Origin: Octopus sinensis
Taxonomy: Eukaryota
DNA: 64,000 nucleotides
Direction: 5' to 3'
NCBI RefSeq assembly: GCF_006345805.1
Contig: NC_043004.1
Span: 85,374,001-85,438,000, forward strand
Positions 1 through 11,806 of this stretch are shown one piece after another; within the stretch, counting starts at the first letter, position 1; the number at the start of each line of letters is the position of its first letter. The position numbers were made by a program, and so were the translations under genes. The notes under the pieces were generated by a model. The model was not told the DNA's origin. It searched no databases and saw nothing but the letters and a program-made list of their open reading frames with translations.

Positions 1-360
1 CCTTCTAACGTGATTTATATAAAATATGAACTACTAAGCTTAGTGTCCCACATTTTACTAGTAACAATTGATTACAACAAATAAAGCAAAATATGATTCG
101 CAATCTCGTAAACATACATAAAATGCAGAATAGAAATAGAATGAAAATCACAAATAGAAAAGAAATTCGGATGCTAATGAGAGGCTCAGGTTTTGACAAG
201 TGTGGCTTTATAGCTGAAATTACATACTGTGCAGAAAAATGCTTTTCGGGTTCGGACGCTCAGCGCGGCACCCTAGGTAAGTCACGCCTACAGTAGCTCC
301 GCCAAGCCTTGGGAGTGAATTTGATAGACTAAAACTGCGTGGATGCCAGTTATATATATA

Positions 361-530
361 TATTCTCTTTATTTTCTCTCCTTGTTTCTTTCTGTGTTCC
401 TTTCTGTAAAAGAGCTTAGGCTCGAAAAGTTACAGAATTTTTCACTTCCCGGGCGTTATACAAATACTTCTGTTTGTTGTCTACACCACCTGTCTTCGAC
501 TTTTGTTGTCTTACATCCTTTCGGGTAAAC
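361..530 (+). mobile_element. Short interspersed repeat, probable Penelope-like (PLE) terminal fragment with degenerate hammerhead-like motif
   Basis: Aligns by eye with 49200-49370 (ttctgt..aagagc.taggctcga...cacttccc...ctgtttgttgt.tacac). Contains a GAGC/GCTC hairpin followed by GAAA. PLE assignment is inference. Confidence 0.4.
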
Positions 531-1139
531 ACCTACATTGCTAGAAATAAGGACTAAACCGCTCTAATGAACATGACTGAAAACATAATCACTAACAGGG
601 AATTAATTATCAGAAAAGCGCCGACTTAGAATTTTTAATACTGACTTCAATAGGTATTTCCTAACACCCTAGGCACATCTACTGATAATTATAATCCTCC
701 TTTCCAGTGAAACATTGCAAACAGGTGTTTATATTAATTTTAGATATACACATTAGCGAATCGGTAGATCATCCAATAATTTGGATGACGACAATATAAA
801 TACTAATGGCGAAGCAAGTCAGTCAAGAAAGAGCCGAACACTCGACCTGTCTAAACTGATCAGGCAACGGAATTTGCTGTAACTGACGTCAGAGAAAGAA
901 ATCTCGATCGGCACATTTCGGACGAATGTCAGTGTATCATTCATGCGCGTTAAGTACAGCATCAGAGAGGTTTGCTCTTATTTCTAGGGTGTTTCGTAAC
1001 AGCCTAGTCACAGTTAGTGACAATTACAGAACTCCTTTTGGTCGAAAAATTGCAAATTGCTGCTTATATAAATTATATATATATATACGTGTATGTGTGT
1101 GTGTGTGTGTGTATAAGAAGTTTTTTTCCTCGCAACATT

Positions 1140-1497
1140 TTCCGGGTTGATTCCTACTGCCTGGCACCTTGAGCAAATGTCTTCTACTATAGCCTTGCGC
1201 CGACCAAAGGCTTACAAAAGGAATTTCTAGACGGAAACTGAAAGAAGACCATCGTATACATGTGATATGTGTGTGTGTGAGTGTGGGTGTATTTATGCAT
1301 CTGTTTTTGTCTTTACCACCGCTTGGCAATCGGAGTTGGTGTGTTTTCGTCCCTGTAACGCAGCAGTTCGGCTAGAGGCACTGATAGAATAAGTACTAGG
1401 TTTTATAGTTAAGTCCTGGGTTCGATACATTTGACTAAAAAGTTCTTCAAAGCGGTGCCCAAGCTTGGCCACTTACTACTGACTGAAATAAATAAAA
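1140..1497 (+). mobile_element. tRNA-derived SINE (family A, internal microsatellite), 5'-eroded
   Basis: Shares blocks gcaccttgagcaaatgtcttctactatagcc, gacggaaactgaaagaag, gatagaataagtactagg and the gcggtgc..actgaaa tail with copies at 47.4, 58.8 and 61.5 kb. Confidence 0.75.
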
Positions 1498-1608
1498 CAT
1501 AATGGATATGTATATATGCATGTTTGTATGCATTTATGCATATACGTACGTGTGTATGTATGCATGTATGTATGTATGCTTGTATGTATGTATGAAGGAT
1601 TTAGTTCT

Positions 1609-1652
<44 letters not shown>

Positions 1653-1759
1653 GTGTGTTCCCTGCCGAAGTAGCAGGTTTCTAACAAAAACACGCTCCAT
1701 CATTGGAATGTAGACAACAAAAGCAATGTCACATGTTGAACTTCAGAAAAACCTTGCAC

Positions 1760-2970
1760 ATTTTTACTCTTCCACATACTGACTATATATTTAGTGTTTA
1801 ATTTCGTTGTTTTATTTTCTCAATACCCTAGCTTATTCAGAACGTCACTTAGGCGTTTACTCACACATCTAAGTGCGCCAATTGCCTTTTGTATAAATAT
1901 GAATTTATAATCTAAGCATAGATGCTGGATTTTCGAAGCAGTTATCCAGGGTTATCTCTTTGAGTTTTAAAGGGGTATTCACATTAGCAGGACAGCTGAC
2001 CTCTATAACAGCACATACTTTTCCTTGTCTTTCCCAAACAACAAAAACCGATATTTTACGTTTAGACTTGGTAGATGTTTTGATGAGCATATTCCACCAG
2101 TATTCCTTGTGCTGTATGTACTCAATAACAGAATTTATTTCAAGGGAGTCTTTTATTTCCGAATGGCGTTGCGACGACGATGAGTCGCAAAGGCAGGATG
2201 TGCATCGATGTCATTTCTGTGTGTCCCTTAATTACATATGAGATGTCTTTTACAGACATATAACACAATATATATTTCTGTTTGCATCTTGGAGCTCCAA
2301 TAGTTTCACTGTCTCTTTTGTTTTTTACGTATTTCGCAGCAGTCTTTTCTACTTGTATTGCAAATGATAGCATTTGAAGTGTGATATAATGTTGCGCCCA
2401 GGAGTATAAGAGACGCTTCGCTCCGTGAAAATAATACAGTTTTCTTCAAATATTCAGGAGAATATCTTTGACATAGTTTAGTCCAGCTATTTTCGGGCTT
2501 CATATTACTTCATTACGAACGGAATACTTACGGGGACCTAGCCGCCGACACGTAGATATTATTCTCTTCTTCTCTAAGCACTAAGTTAATGTATTCATTA
2601 TTTTTTCTTCTGAAAGAGACTATATTACATTCTAGAGCTATCCCTCCACCTCTTTTATCTCCTCCTAAGTAGAGCCTGTCGATTTCTATAAAGATTTTCA
2701 GTTGCTGTTAGTTTCTAGAGGGTTTTACGCCTATTTTATGCATTTCTCCTACAAAGCAGTTACGTATATTATCTTCTTGTCAAAAGAGACTTTCGACTGT
2801 TATATTTTTCTAGGTTTAGCATAATATTCGCAGTCACTCTATCTTTATTCACAGTACCTTCGTATGTTATATTTCCATCAATACATAAGCATTGGCGAAA
2901 CGGTGGGACGATGGATGTACGAGTTTTGTGTCTGCCGATTGCTTTTGCACGTTGAGGAGATATTAACATT
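1760..2970 (-). pseudogene. Degenerate 3' half of an RLE-type (R4/Dong/NeSL-like) non-LTR retrotransposon
   Basis: Minus-strand fragments read IDGNITYEGTVNKDRVT (RT thumb), EYWWNMLIKT, VVWERQGKVCAVIEVSCPANVN (RLE D/E motif) and KAIGALRCVSKRL (GALG motif); many stops and frameshifts. Confidence 0.6.
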
Positions 2971-3109
2971 TCTTGTGGTCAAATTCCATTTCCATGACAG
3001 CTGAAAATCTTTATAAGTATGCATGTGTGTGGGTGAGTATATTGCTTGTGTTTGTTTGGTGCGCTAACAGTAGGCACGCAAACACATAAACGCAAACACA
3101 CTCCTACAT

Positions 3110-3255
3110 ACGCACATACGTACATACATACATTCATACATACATACATACACACATGCATACATACATACACACATGCATACATACATAAATACATACA
3201 TACATACATACATACATACATACATACATACATGCATACATACATACATACATAC
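3110..3255. repeat. (TACA)n microsatellite
   Basis: Directly visible tandem tacatacata; source of several spurious ORFs. Confidence 0.95.
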
Positions 3256-5496
3256 AGCAAATTTCATTTCGCAGAGATAGAGATAACAAAAGAAAGGAGG
3301 AGAACATGTCATTTGTTATGTCCACGGACACTCAGACAAATGCTTTTTGGTATTTCTTCCGACAATTAACGTACTTAATGTACAGAATTCAAATGTTATC
3401 GAGGTAATTTAACATTAGACGCTGCAGAAATTAAAACCATAAAACACCACTTAAGTGCTGAGTCTAGTTTAATTGATCTCATTCCTGTGTTACCATGTAA
3501 CAGGTGTTCTTGGTAGAGTAGAGCACAGTTACCAATTGTATCAACAGCGGCCGATATGATATACCAGCTGGAGTACTCGGTCGTCGCATCAATAATCATC
3601 AGAATCGTGTGTCTTTTAATAAGTTTGGGGTATATGTTGCAACACTTTAAATTCTGAGTTTAATGCTCATGGAAATTAAATTTCTCCATCGTATTCACGC
3701 GACTTTACAGGGAATACTACACAAGTACTGTCAGTTGTTCAGAACCGCAAAACATTTGATTAGGTGTTCAGAAAGTGCACCCCTTTTAAACATTTATAGA
3801 TCACAGGAACCGAGCTATGATAGATTGAGGTTTTGTAGAGCACGCAGCATGAAATACAATATAAAATAAAATAAATTGTGGCAAATGCTTAAGCACAGAT
3901 AATTGCAATCATACACACGTACGCACACACCAACACGCACCTTATTCAAGAAGTACGCAGTAGCACTCACTAAAAAAATTACTGCATTGGAAGGGATAAC
4001 GTATAGTTAAAGTGAGATAGATATGCCGATCGATACTGTGATAGATAGAGAAAATGATTGAGACGGGGGGGAGAGATTGGTCTCTACGATTTTCATGTAA
4101 ATAAAGAGATTTTTCTTTCCACTTCAAAACAAAATGATAGGATACATTCGCGTGGAATCATAAATTTCGTAGATAAATATTCCAGGAGTCATGCTGTAAG
4201 GATATATTTTAATGAAGGCAAAGAAAAAGATAGTGCCTGAGTCTGAGAAATTTGTGTTTATGCATATAGTGTTATCGCCAGTTTGTATTGATTGTTGGTA
4301 TACGATGCTGTTGTACTGCGTGCGTTGGTGTGTGACAAGAATAAAAGCTATTTCGTCTTAAATTACACTCACGTTTGTGCATAATCTTTCACTTTTTCAT
4401 CTGGAAGTAGGTAGATTGGACGATCAAGCAATGTTTATGAGGTCTTAACGAAGAGATCATGCAGCAAAGAAAGTAACATATGCTTCGTTAGTTTGATATA
4501 ATATGTTTTTGTTTTTTGTTTTTCTTTATCCCACATATCAGTTCTGATCGAGTAGAACATTCAAATGTTTATAGACTTGACCGCCCTGTCCTTTTAAGAA
4601 AATCTAGCATTGACTTATACAATATATCCATCTATTAAACGAGACAGTACTATACTATCTCGAAGGAGATTTAGTCTTTCTTCCTTACTAGTCGAATCCG
4701 CGCTCAGAAGTTTCTCCTCTTCAATCCTACTGATATCATCAATGTGTTAGTTTAAACCCAGCTCACTCTTAATTTTACAGTTCTATCAAAATATATTCCT
4801 GCCATGTTCATCAAGCTGTGTTCTGTCTTTTCATTTACAGCTATCAAAAGCTGTATAATCTAATGAGATATATCTCTACCTAAGACAACGAAGGTTTCTG
4901 CTACGAGGAATTCTAGCCGTTAATTCTAGCAGGTCGAACTAGCATAAAAGTTAGAATATAGATCAAACTCTTCGTAGTGTTTACTTTAATTCTATTTGAC
5001 CTGGATTCTCTAGATTCTGTTAAACAAGTTTATCATCACAAACTGCATATTGGATGCATTCATTAGAGTTTACTCTCGGGCACACATTACGGTTTGAATA
5101 TCAGATTTCAGGATATATTTTATGCGTCCTACCAAAGTTAGCGACGCTGGAAAACAGAAATATATTTACAGACCTTTCATATTGCCGTTCGCAAGATGAT
5201 TTGAAAAGGAAACTGGTGGAAATGCGTTCGTGAAGGTGTTTGCTAATTGGAATGTCATGTGAGAATATCTTATCATTAGTCGAATGCACTCAATCCTCGG
5301 CTTATCCTCATTTAGCTAACCGAAGATCAAAGACATTCCTGGCGTGAGCCTCTGGTCATATTATAGATTAGGATCTGCATTATACAAATTAAAACAAATG
5401 TAGATTCATGCATTTTATAATCCCAATTAAAATGTAATACAGTAACACTGATAATATGTATGCGTGTATGTATGTATACATATGTATACACATATG

Positions 5497-5530
<34 letters not shown>

Positions 5531-6169
5531 ATTTGCGCGCGATGGCATATGTATATCTACATCTATCTATCTCTTCCTATATATATATATATATATATTT
5601 GTAAAAAAGAAGTTTGAAAACGCCACTATATTAGATAAATTTTAATTTTACATGTTTCGGTTCTTGAAGAAACGAACCTTATCAAAAAAATTTATTATAG
5701 AAAGTATAATGGAACAGTTTGTAATCGTTACATACATTCAATAAAATCCATGTTCTTGAAAAGACGAATCTTATCAAATATATTATAAAGAGTATAATAG
5801 AAAAAATCCATAGTCGTTCCTTACTGTTTTGTCGAGTGTAGTGGAGACGTTCATTATAGATTTCTTGCTGGTATCAAAAGGAACCGCTTTTGTGTTACCT
5901 TGTGTTCCAATTGAAGCAACAGTAGTGATTCTTGGTCGTCGTCTGTTGGTCGTAATTTTGGTAACCTTTGTGGTGGTTGGGGTTATATCAGCTAAGCTGT
6001 GGCTGTGACAGCAGCAGTAGCCGTAGTAAAGGGCTGTTGATCGTAGTAGCAACAGTGGTCGGTTCTCTGGCACTGTTCACTGACGTCACATAATTCCAAA
6101 CCAATCAAAACCAAACTTCAACGAATATAAGGAAAATTCCCATAACTGTATCCTGTAAGGACTATATAT

Positions 6170-6215
<46 letters not shown>

Positions 6216-6222
6216 ATATATA

Positions 6223-6767
6223 TATAATAAAAGGCTTCCAAATAAGGAAGCGTAGTGCTAGAAACACAAAAAGGGATAAATTCATGAAAGGAATGAAAAT
6301 TAAAAACATTTACCATCTCAGCTATATCCCAGACCGAACGGTTTCTACCTATATTAGCAAACACACAGAATATATTTGGCAGGCCAGGTTCTTCAGCGGG
6401 AAGCCTTCCTGATCCTAGACGCACACACTGTTAGAAGCACATGTAGATCTAACGGTTTGTATATCCTAACTTTTCAAACCTCTGCGCAGACGCAAATCAT
6501 ACCCGGTGAATAGAGAGGATGCCATTAAAATTTACGAACAAATTTATCAAGCAATATTTAAACATAATCAAATAGGGTAATAAAATAAATTATTATTACC
6601 AGTGGCTTAGCACAGGAGACGAGTTAGTCATTAGACTATAATTTTCCTTATTTGGAAGCCTTTTATTATATTTCTATACGAAAAATATATAGTCTAATGA
6701 CTAACTCGTCTTTTGTGCTAGGTCACTGGTAATAATAATTTATTTTATTACCCTATTTGATTATGTT

Positions 6768-6769
<2 letters not shown>
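6223..6769. repeat. Nested inverted-repeat complex: 27-bp perfect IR (6223-6249 / 6644-6670) overlapping an 82-bp IR (6559-6640 / 6688-6769)
   Basis: tataataaaaggcttccaaataaggaa is the exact reverse complement of 6644-6670. The 82-bp arms differ at 4 positions. Confidence 0.85.
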
Positions 6770-6803
<34 letters not shown>

Positions 6804-6823
6804 AACACATATATATATACACA

Positions 6824-6872
<49 letters not shown>

Positions 6873-7713
6873 TATACACACACGCATACATATATATATG
6901 GTAATGAACTTTGAGTAAATTGTTCAGAAGTAAGGTACGCGAAACCATACAGTATAATTCCCAGCAGGTGTCGCCTCTGCTCCGAGGAATCCCTGTCTAT
7001 TCTGTGGACTAATGAGAAGATCATTAATAGAATTTCTGAAAGACTCTTGAGATACCTGCACGCATATAAATGTACTTCTGCACAATGCAGTGGGAATCAA
7101 GTTTCAGTAACTGCTAATATAATTTACTTTAAGGTATGAATGAATTAAGTTTAAATCTAACCTCTCCATTCTTATAAACACCAAGTAGATATTTAACTCG
7201 CTTTGTGATCGTGAGTGAACGAAACGTCATGAGTGCGTAAGTTCAATTTTCGCGGATCCTTGCGCGAGGGAGTTCATATATCCATACTTGTTAAAGGTTA
7301 TTCTTAATACTTTACTCGCTGTATTGCAATGTTCGTTTCATTTTTCAATCCGGGATCTTATTTTTGATCTTCCTTGTAAAGGAGAATATTTCTTCGTCGT
7401 GTTGATTTTATCTACAAAATGAGGAGATACATTGGGGGACTGTTATTCTAATGATTTGTGTCTACTTCTCACCAGACGTGATACATCTGCACCGCTGGAT
7501 ACTCCTGAACTAGTGGTTGAGGGTCCTATCCGAGAAGGATCGATCTTAGATGTGTCGAAACACTAGTCGTGCTTATTAATAAATTCTCGTATACTCCATA
7601 TTCTGGCTTTCATTCCCCCCCCCTCATATATATATATATATATTCAAATTTTTATTAATATGAAACCAATGTTACCCTTGTTTCACAAATAAAGAGATTA
7701 TATTTATCGTTCG

Positions 7714-7787
<74 letters not shown>

Positions 7788-7793
<6 letters not shown>

Positions 7794-8357
7794 AAATAGT
7801 AAATATATGGCACAACTAAGTACCGATATTTACTGGAAATAGCGAACGTAATAATACGACGCTAATGTATAGCTTCACCGCGTATGTATTAGCAAAAATG
7901 CGTGTGTGCAACAAACTAGAAAAATTGTCTTACCTCCAGGGAGAACATCTGAAAGATGAAATACCTGGAAAAGGATAATGTGGGACCTGCAGGTTTCAGA
8001 TTTTACAAGATATGTCTGCCTCCCATAATCTTGTTCTATCTTCATCAGCCAAGCATATACCGTGACAAAAGCTACGATGTTACCACATTAATGCTATTAC
8101 ACTCGACTGAAACGCCGAAACGCCAACAGCACGAAAAACGGTGAAGAAGCTTCAATAAATTAGTAATGCAATACTAGAGTATCGCTTTCCAGTAAAGAAT
8201 AGCCCGTGAGGGAAAAATACACAGAATAGTAACTATATGGCACGACTAAGTACCGATATTTACTGGAAATAGCAAACGTAATAATACGACGCTAATGTAT
8301 AGCTTCACCGCGTATGTATTAGCAAAAATGCGTGTGTGCAACAAACTAGAAAAATTA
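7788..8357. repeat. Direct repeat of ~120-140 bp (7788-7927 and 8218-8357) separated by ~290 bp
   Basis: atatggcac.actaagtaccgatatttactgg...caacaaactagaaaaatt occurs twice, with 2 mismatches in the ~120-bp core. Confidence 0.9.
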
Positions 8358-8439
8358 TATAACTTAAAATATATATAAATATATGCATATATTCATATAT
8401 GTACATACCTACATATATATGTATATATACATGCATACA

Positions 8440-9275
8440 TGGGTACAGGACATCAAACAAACGTTGATCACAATGAGAAACGAAAACATAAAAAACAAAA
8501 ACATAGAAAACGAACTACAAAAAAACCCCAGAGAAACAAGACATGCAGCATAATGTATATTCCCCTTCATCAGTTGTCCATGTTCCATCTACTCCGCGTT
8601 TCGAAGTTAAGGACAATGCGCGACTTCGTTGAAACAGTCCTACCCGCAAAGCAAATTAAATAAAATTTCAGTTATTTTGCGGAGGGTGAAAGTGGTAACA
8701 AAACATGAGTGAGAACAAGACAGTAAAAACAAACGGTGAGGGCTGCTAAGCCAAGACGATAGGAAAGTTATGAACGCTAGGAGAACGAGCTTATGAGAGA
8801 AAACAGGTATAAGCACGTTCTGTCTTTGGGAAGGAAGTGGACAGTAAGATAGATTCCCTTTCCTCACGTGTCAGCGAAGAGAGAGTCAAGGAGGAAGAGT
8901 GAGAGAGGGAGGGAAATAGACAGTGAAGAGAGAGTAGAGATAGAAGAGCGAGCATCATAATTATTAAGATGAAACTTACTTGGAAAAGGATGCATGGCGT
9001 TCTATCATGTAATAATATAAATATATGCATATATACATACGTATGTATATATAGAGGACATAAATTAATGTTGAACACAATGAGAAGCGAAAACGTAAAA
9101 ACAAAAACAAAGAAACCGAACTTTTGGGCGGAAAAAGAAAAAGAAAAACTAACAGAAAAACGAAACATGCAACATAGAGAATATTCCCCTCCATCAGATG
9201 TCCCAGTTTCAATTACTCCGCCTTTCGAAGGCAAGGCCAAAACGCGACTTCATTGAAACAATCCTTCCCGCAAAG
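8440..9275. mobile_element. Two same-orientation diverged copies of an interspersed repeat end (8445-8660 and 9055-9275), unclassified (possibly PLE pseudo-LTRs)
   Basis: Shared gacat.aa..aa.gttga.cacaatgagaa...tattcccct.catcag.tgtcc...tactccgc.tttcgaag...cgacttc.ttgaaaca.tcct.cccgcaaag. Confidence 0.55.
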
Positions 9276-10038
9276 GATACACACACACACACACACACAC
9301 ACACATAATATATATATATGCTTATATCGTTAGTGTAAGTGCCTTTGAGTATATCTGTCAATATAAAGGCTTAATATAATTTTAATAAGAGTAAATTGAG
9401 AGCACAATTTTTTATACTACAAGATAATTGGGGGCGTCTCCCAGTGGGCATGCACTGTTTTGATTCACTGCTCTCCAGTGAAGACGTACTCGGCATACTT
9501 ACTCAACAATAGATAGGAAATATCAGCTGCTCATAAAGTAATCATATCTAAGACTAGTAAACGCCCCCCTTCCGCCGTCCACTGGACGGTGTAATTTCGT
9601 GATTACATTGGAGTCTAAATTAGTATAATTCCGCTTCTGCCTATGTTTCTGTCTGTGATACTCTGCTGGCAACTGCAGTAGAAGCAGGATTGAGAGCACG
9701 CCGGAGTTCTCCTTGCTGACCAGTCTTTGATACTCTGGCGATCGGAATAGAAACACTCCTCACACACATACGTGCATACATACATACGTTTTTCTGTCCT
9801 TGTTTCGTATACATACCATCCTTTTCCCAAGGAATCTAAAGCTCGTAGTTTAGTTTTTTCCCTGGGGCTGGCCAGATTGGAGCAATCTCAAGATTAATAA
9901 GCCGAAATTGCGAGGAGGATCCGGTTCTTGACTGAAGATTAGAAGCTTCGAATGACCTGTCCATGCATTTTGTATCGTCTATTTGGATGTTTTGCGTTCT
10001 TGTCTCATTTTATATTTTATAAATATATATATAAATAT

Positions 10039-10649
10039 ATGTAAGGTATACTAGCCATCTCAATATGGCTAACCATTAAGGGTGGGTGTTACTGTAACTT
10101 GTAGCCCCAGGAGATCATCGTCTCCAGCTGGCTTTAGGCACACTTTCTGTGCCCTTATGGTATTTGCAAAGGGAGATCATCCCTCCCTCGTCAAACTAGG
10201 TGAAACGCACGGACTGCAGTTTCTAGTTATTTGCCTGTCTTCAGCGTACGGCAGTCACCGGTTGTCGATGAAGGGAGTCCGAATGCAAATCTTTATATCG
10301 TTTTTCCCGTAACTTTTCGTCACTGATCTCGAAAAACTGTATGCAAGCAATAGTGACGAGATCAGTGACGAAAGGTTACTGGAAAAACGTTATAAAGATT
10401 TGCATTGGGACTCTCTTCATCGACAACCGGTGACTGCCGTACGCTGAAGACAGGCAAATAACTAGAAACTGCAGTCCATGCGTGTCACCTATGTTGACGA
10501 GGGAGGGATGACCTCCCTTTTCAAATACCATAAGGGCACGGAAAGTGTGCCTAAAGCCAGCTGGAGACGATGATCTCCTGGGGCTACAAGCTACAGTAAC
10601 ACCCACCCTTAGTGGTTAGCCATATTGAGATGGCTAGTATACCTCACAT
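10039..10649. repeat. Foldback palindrome: 293-bp arms (10039-10331, 10357-10649), 25-bp spacer
   Basis: Arms are reverse complements with about 15 differences by manual comparison (~95% identity). Confidence 0.95.
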
Positions 10650-10735
10650 TGTCGTGCAGTTACTGTTTACATCTCGTTCAGAGATTTATTATTGCTTATA
10701 TAAATATGTGTATTTATATATATATATATATATAA

Positions 10736-10783
<48 letters not shown>

Positions 10784-11792
10784 CGGCGTAGGTACACTTT
10801 GTTCTCTTATATATATATATATATGTGTGGTGTGTGTGTGTGTGGTGTGTGTGTGTGTGTGTGTGTGCGTGCATGTGTCTGCTCGTGCGAGTGTTTGTGT
10901 GTGTGTATTTGTCTGTGTGTATGTATGTGTATCTGTGAGTGTGTCTCTGTGTGTGTATTTGTGTGGCTGTATTTGTTTGTGTGTGTGTCTGTGTGTGTGC
11001 AAGATAGTTGCATATATTGATAGATATTAAGTGACGAAACTATTTTCGACAATACAGAGGAGAAATTTTTAGATGACGATGTAAATTTCTCATAAATAAC
11101 CTCGGAGAAAATACAAGCAACTTACATTTATTTATTCATAATAGCTGGTTATAACATTTACAAAGCTAATGGCAGGAATACATATATATATTTGCGCCGA
11201 CGTTCACAGAAGAGAATATATATGTTAAAACATTTGAATACAGCGATACATGATTGTAAAGAAATGCAATTTTAGAGACCACAGGGGTATCGAAGGGTAT
11301 TTACAAATAACGTCTTATATTCAAGTTTGCATGTGTGTATATGCGCTGTATAGTATTTGTGCGTTTGGTTGTGTAGATGAGTCTGTATATTTGCAGATCT
11401 GTGTGAGTTATATACCCAGAAGCATCGATCTTCTTGTAAATTTAGAAGCATATTTATGGAAGCATTTTTCTAACTTTAATATTATAACTTCATACAACTC
11501 GGCTATTTAAATATATAGCGCTGCTTTCACATACATACGTTTGAAATTACGTGTGATAAGATCAAGCACAACCAGGAATCATGTTTTCAATTACTACCTT
11601 AGAACATGTCGTTGGGGAGATTTTTGGGGCGTAACGTCACCATTAGAATAGTCAATGTTCTCTATCCTGAAAAACTGGGAACCTTTATTATCCTTTAATG
11701 TGATTTTGAACTGCCAGGTTCAAAGCTATCTCACATTTGGTATCAGTCGTTGTGGCGCCATCTATTTTACAACGGTGATTGGGCGTTGACGT

Positions 11793-11806
11793 TTCTGACG
11801 TCAGAA
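11793..11806. promoter_or_regulatory. CRE palindrome (TTCTGACGTCAGAA) next to a CCAAT box (gattgg, ~11777) and CT-rich tracts; candidate promoter/enhancer
   Basis: Motifs seen directly; function is inference. Confidence 0.25.

Noticed and set aside
7505-7555. Further hammerhead-like echoes (GAAAC-ACTA-GTC here; CTGAGAAG...GAAACGTT at ~55630-55660)
   Set aside because: The CUGANGA strand or the stems are too degenerate to support a call.
8567-8605. CTGATGA and GAAAC on the minus strand as a type II hammerhead
   Set aside because: No stem I can form and stem II is mostly wobble pairs.
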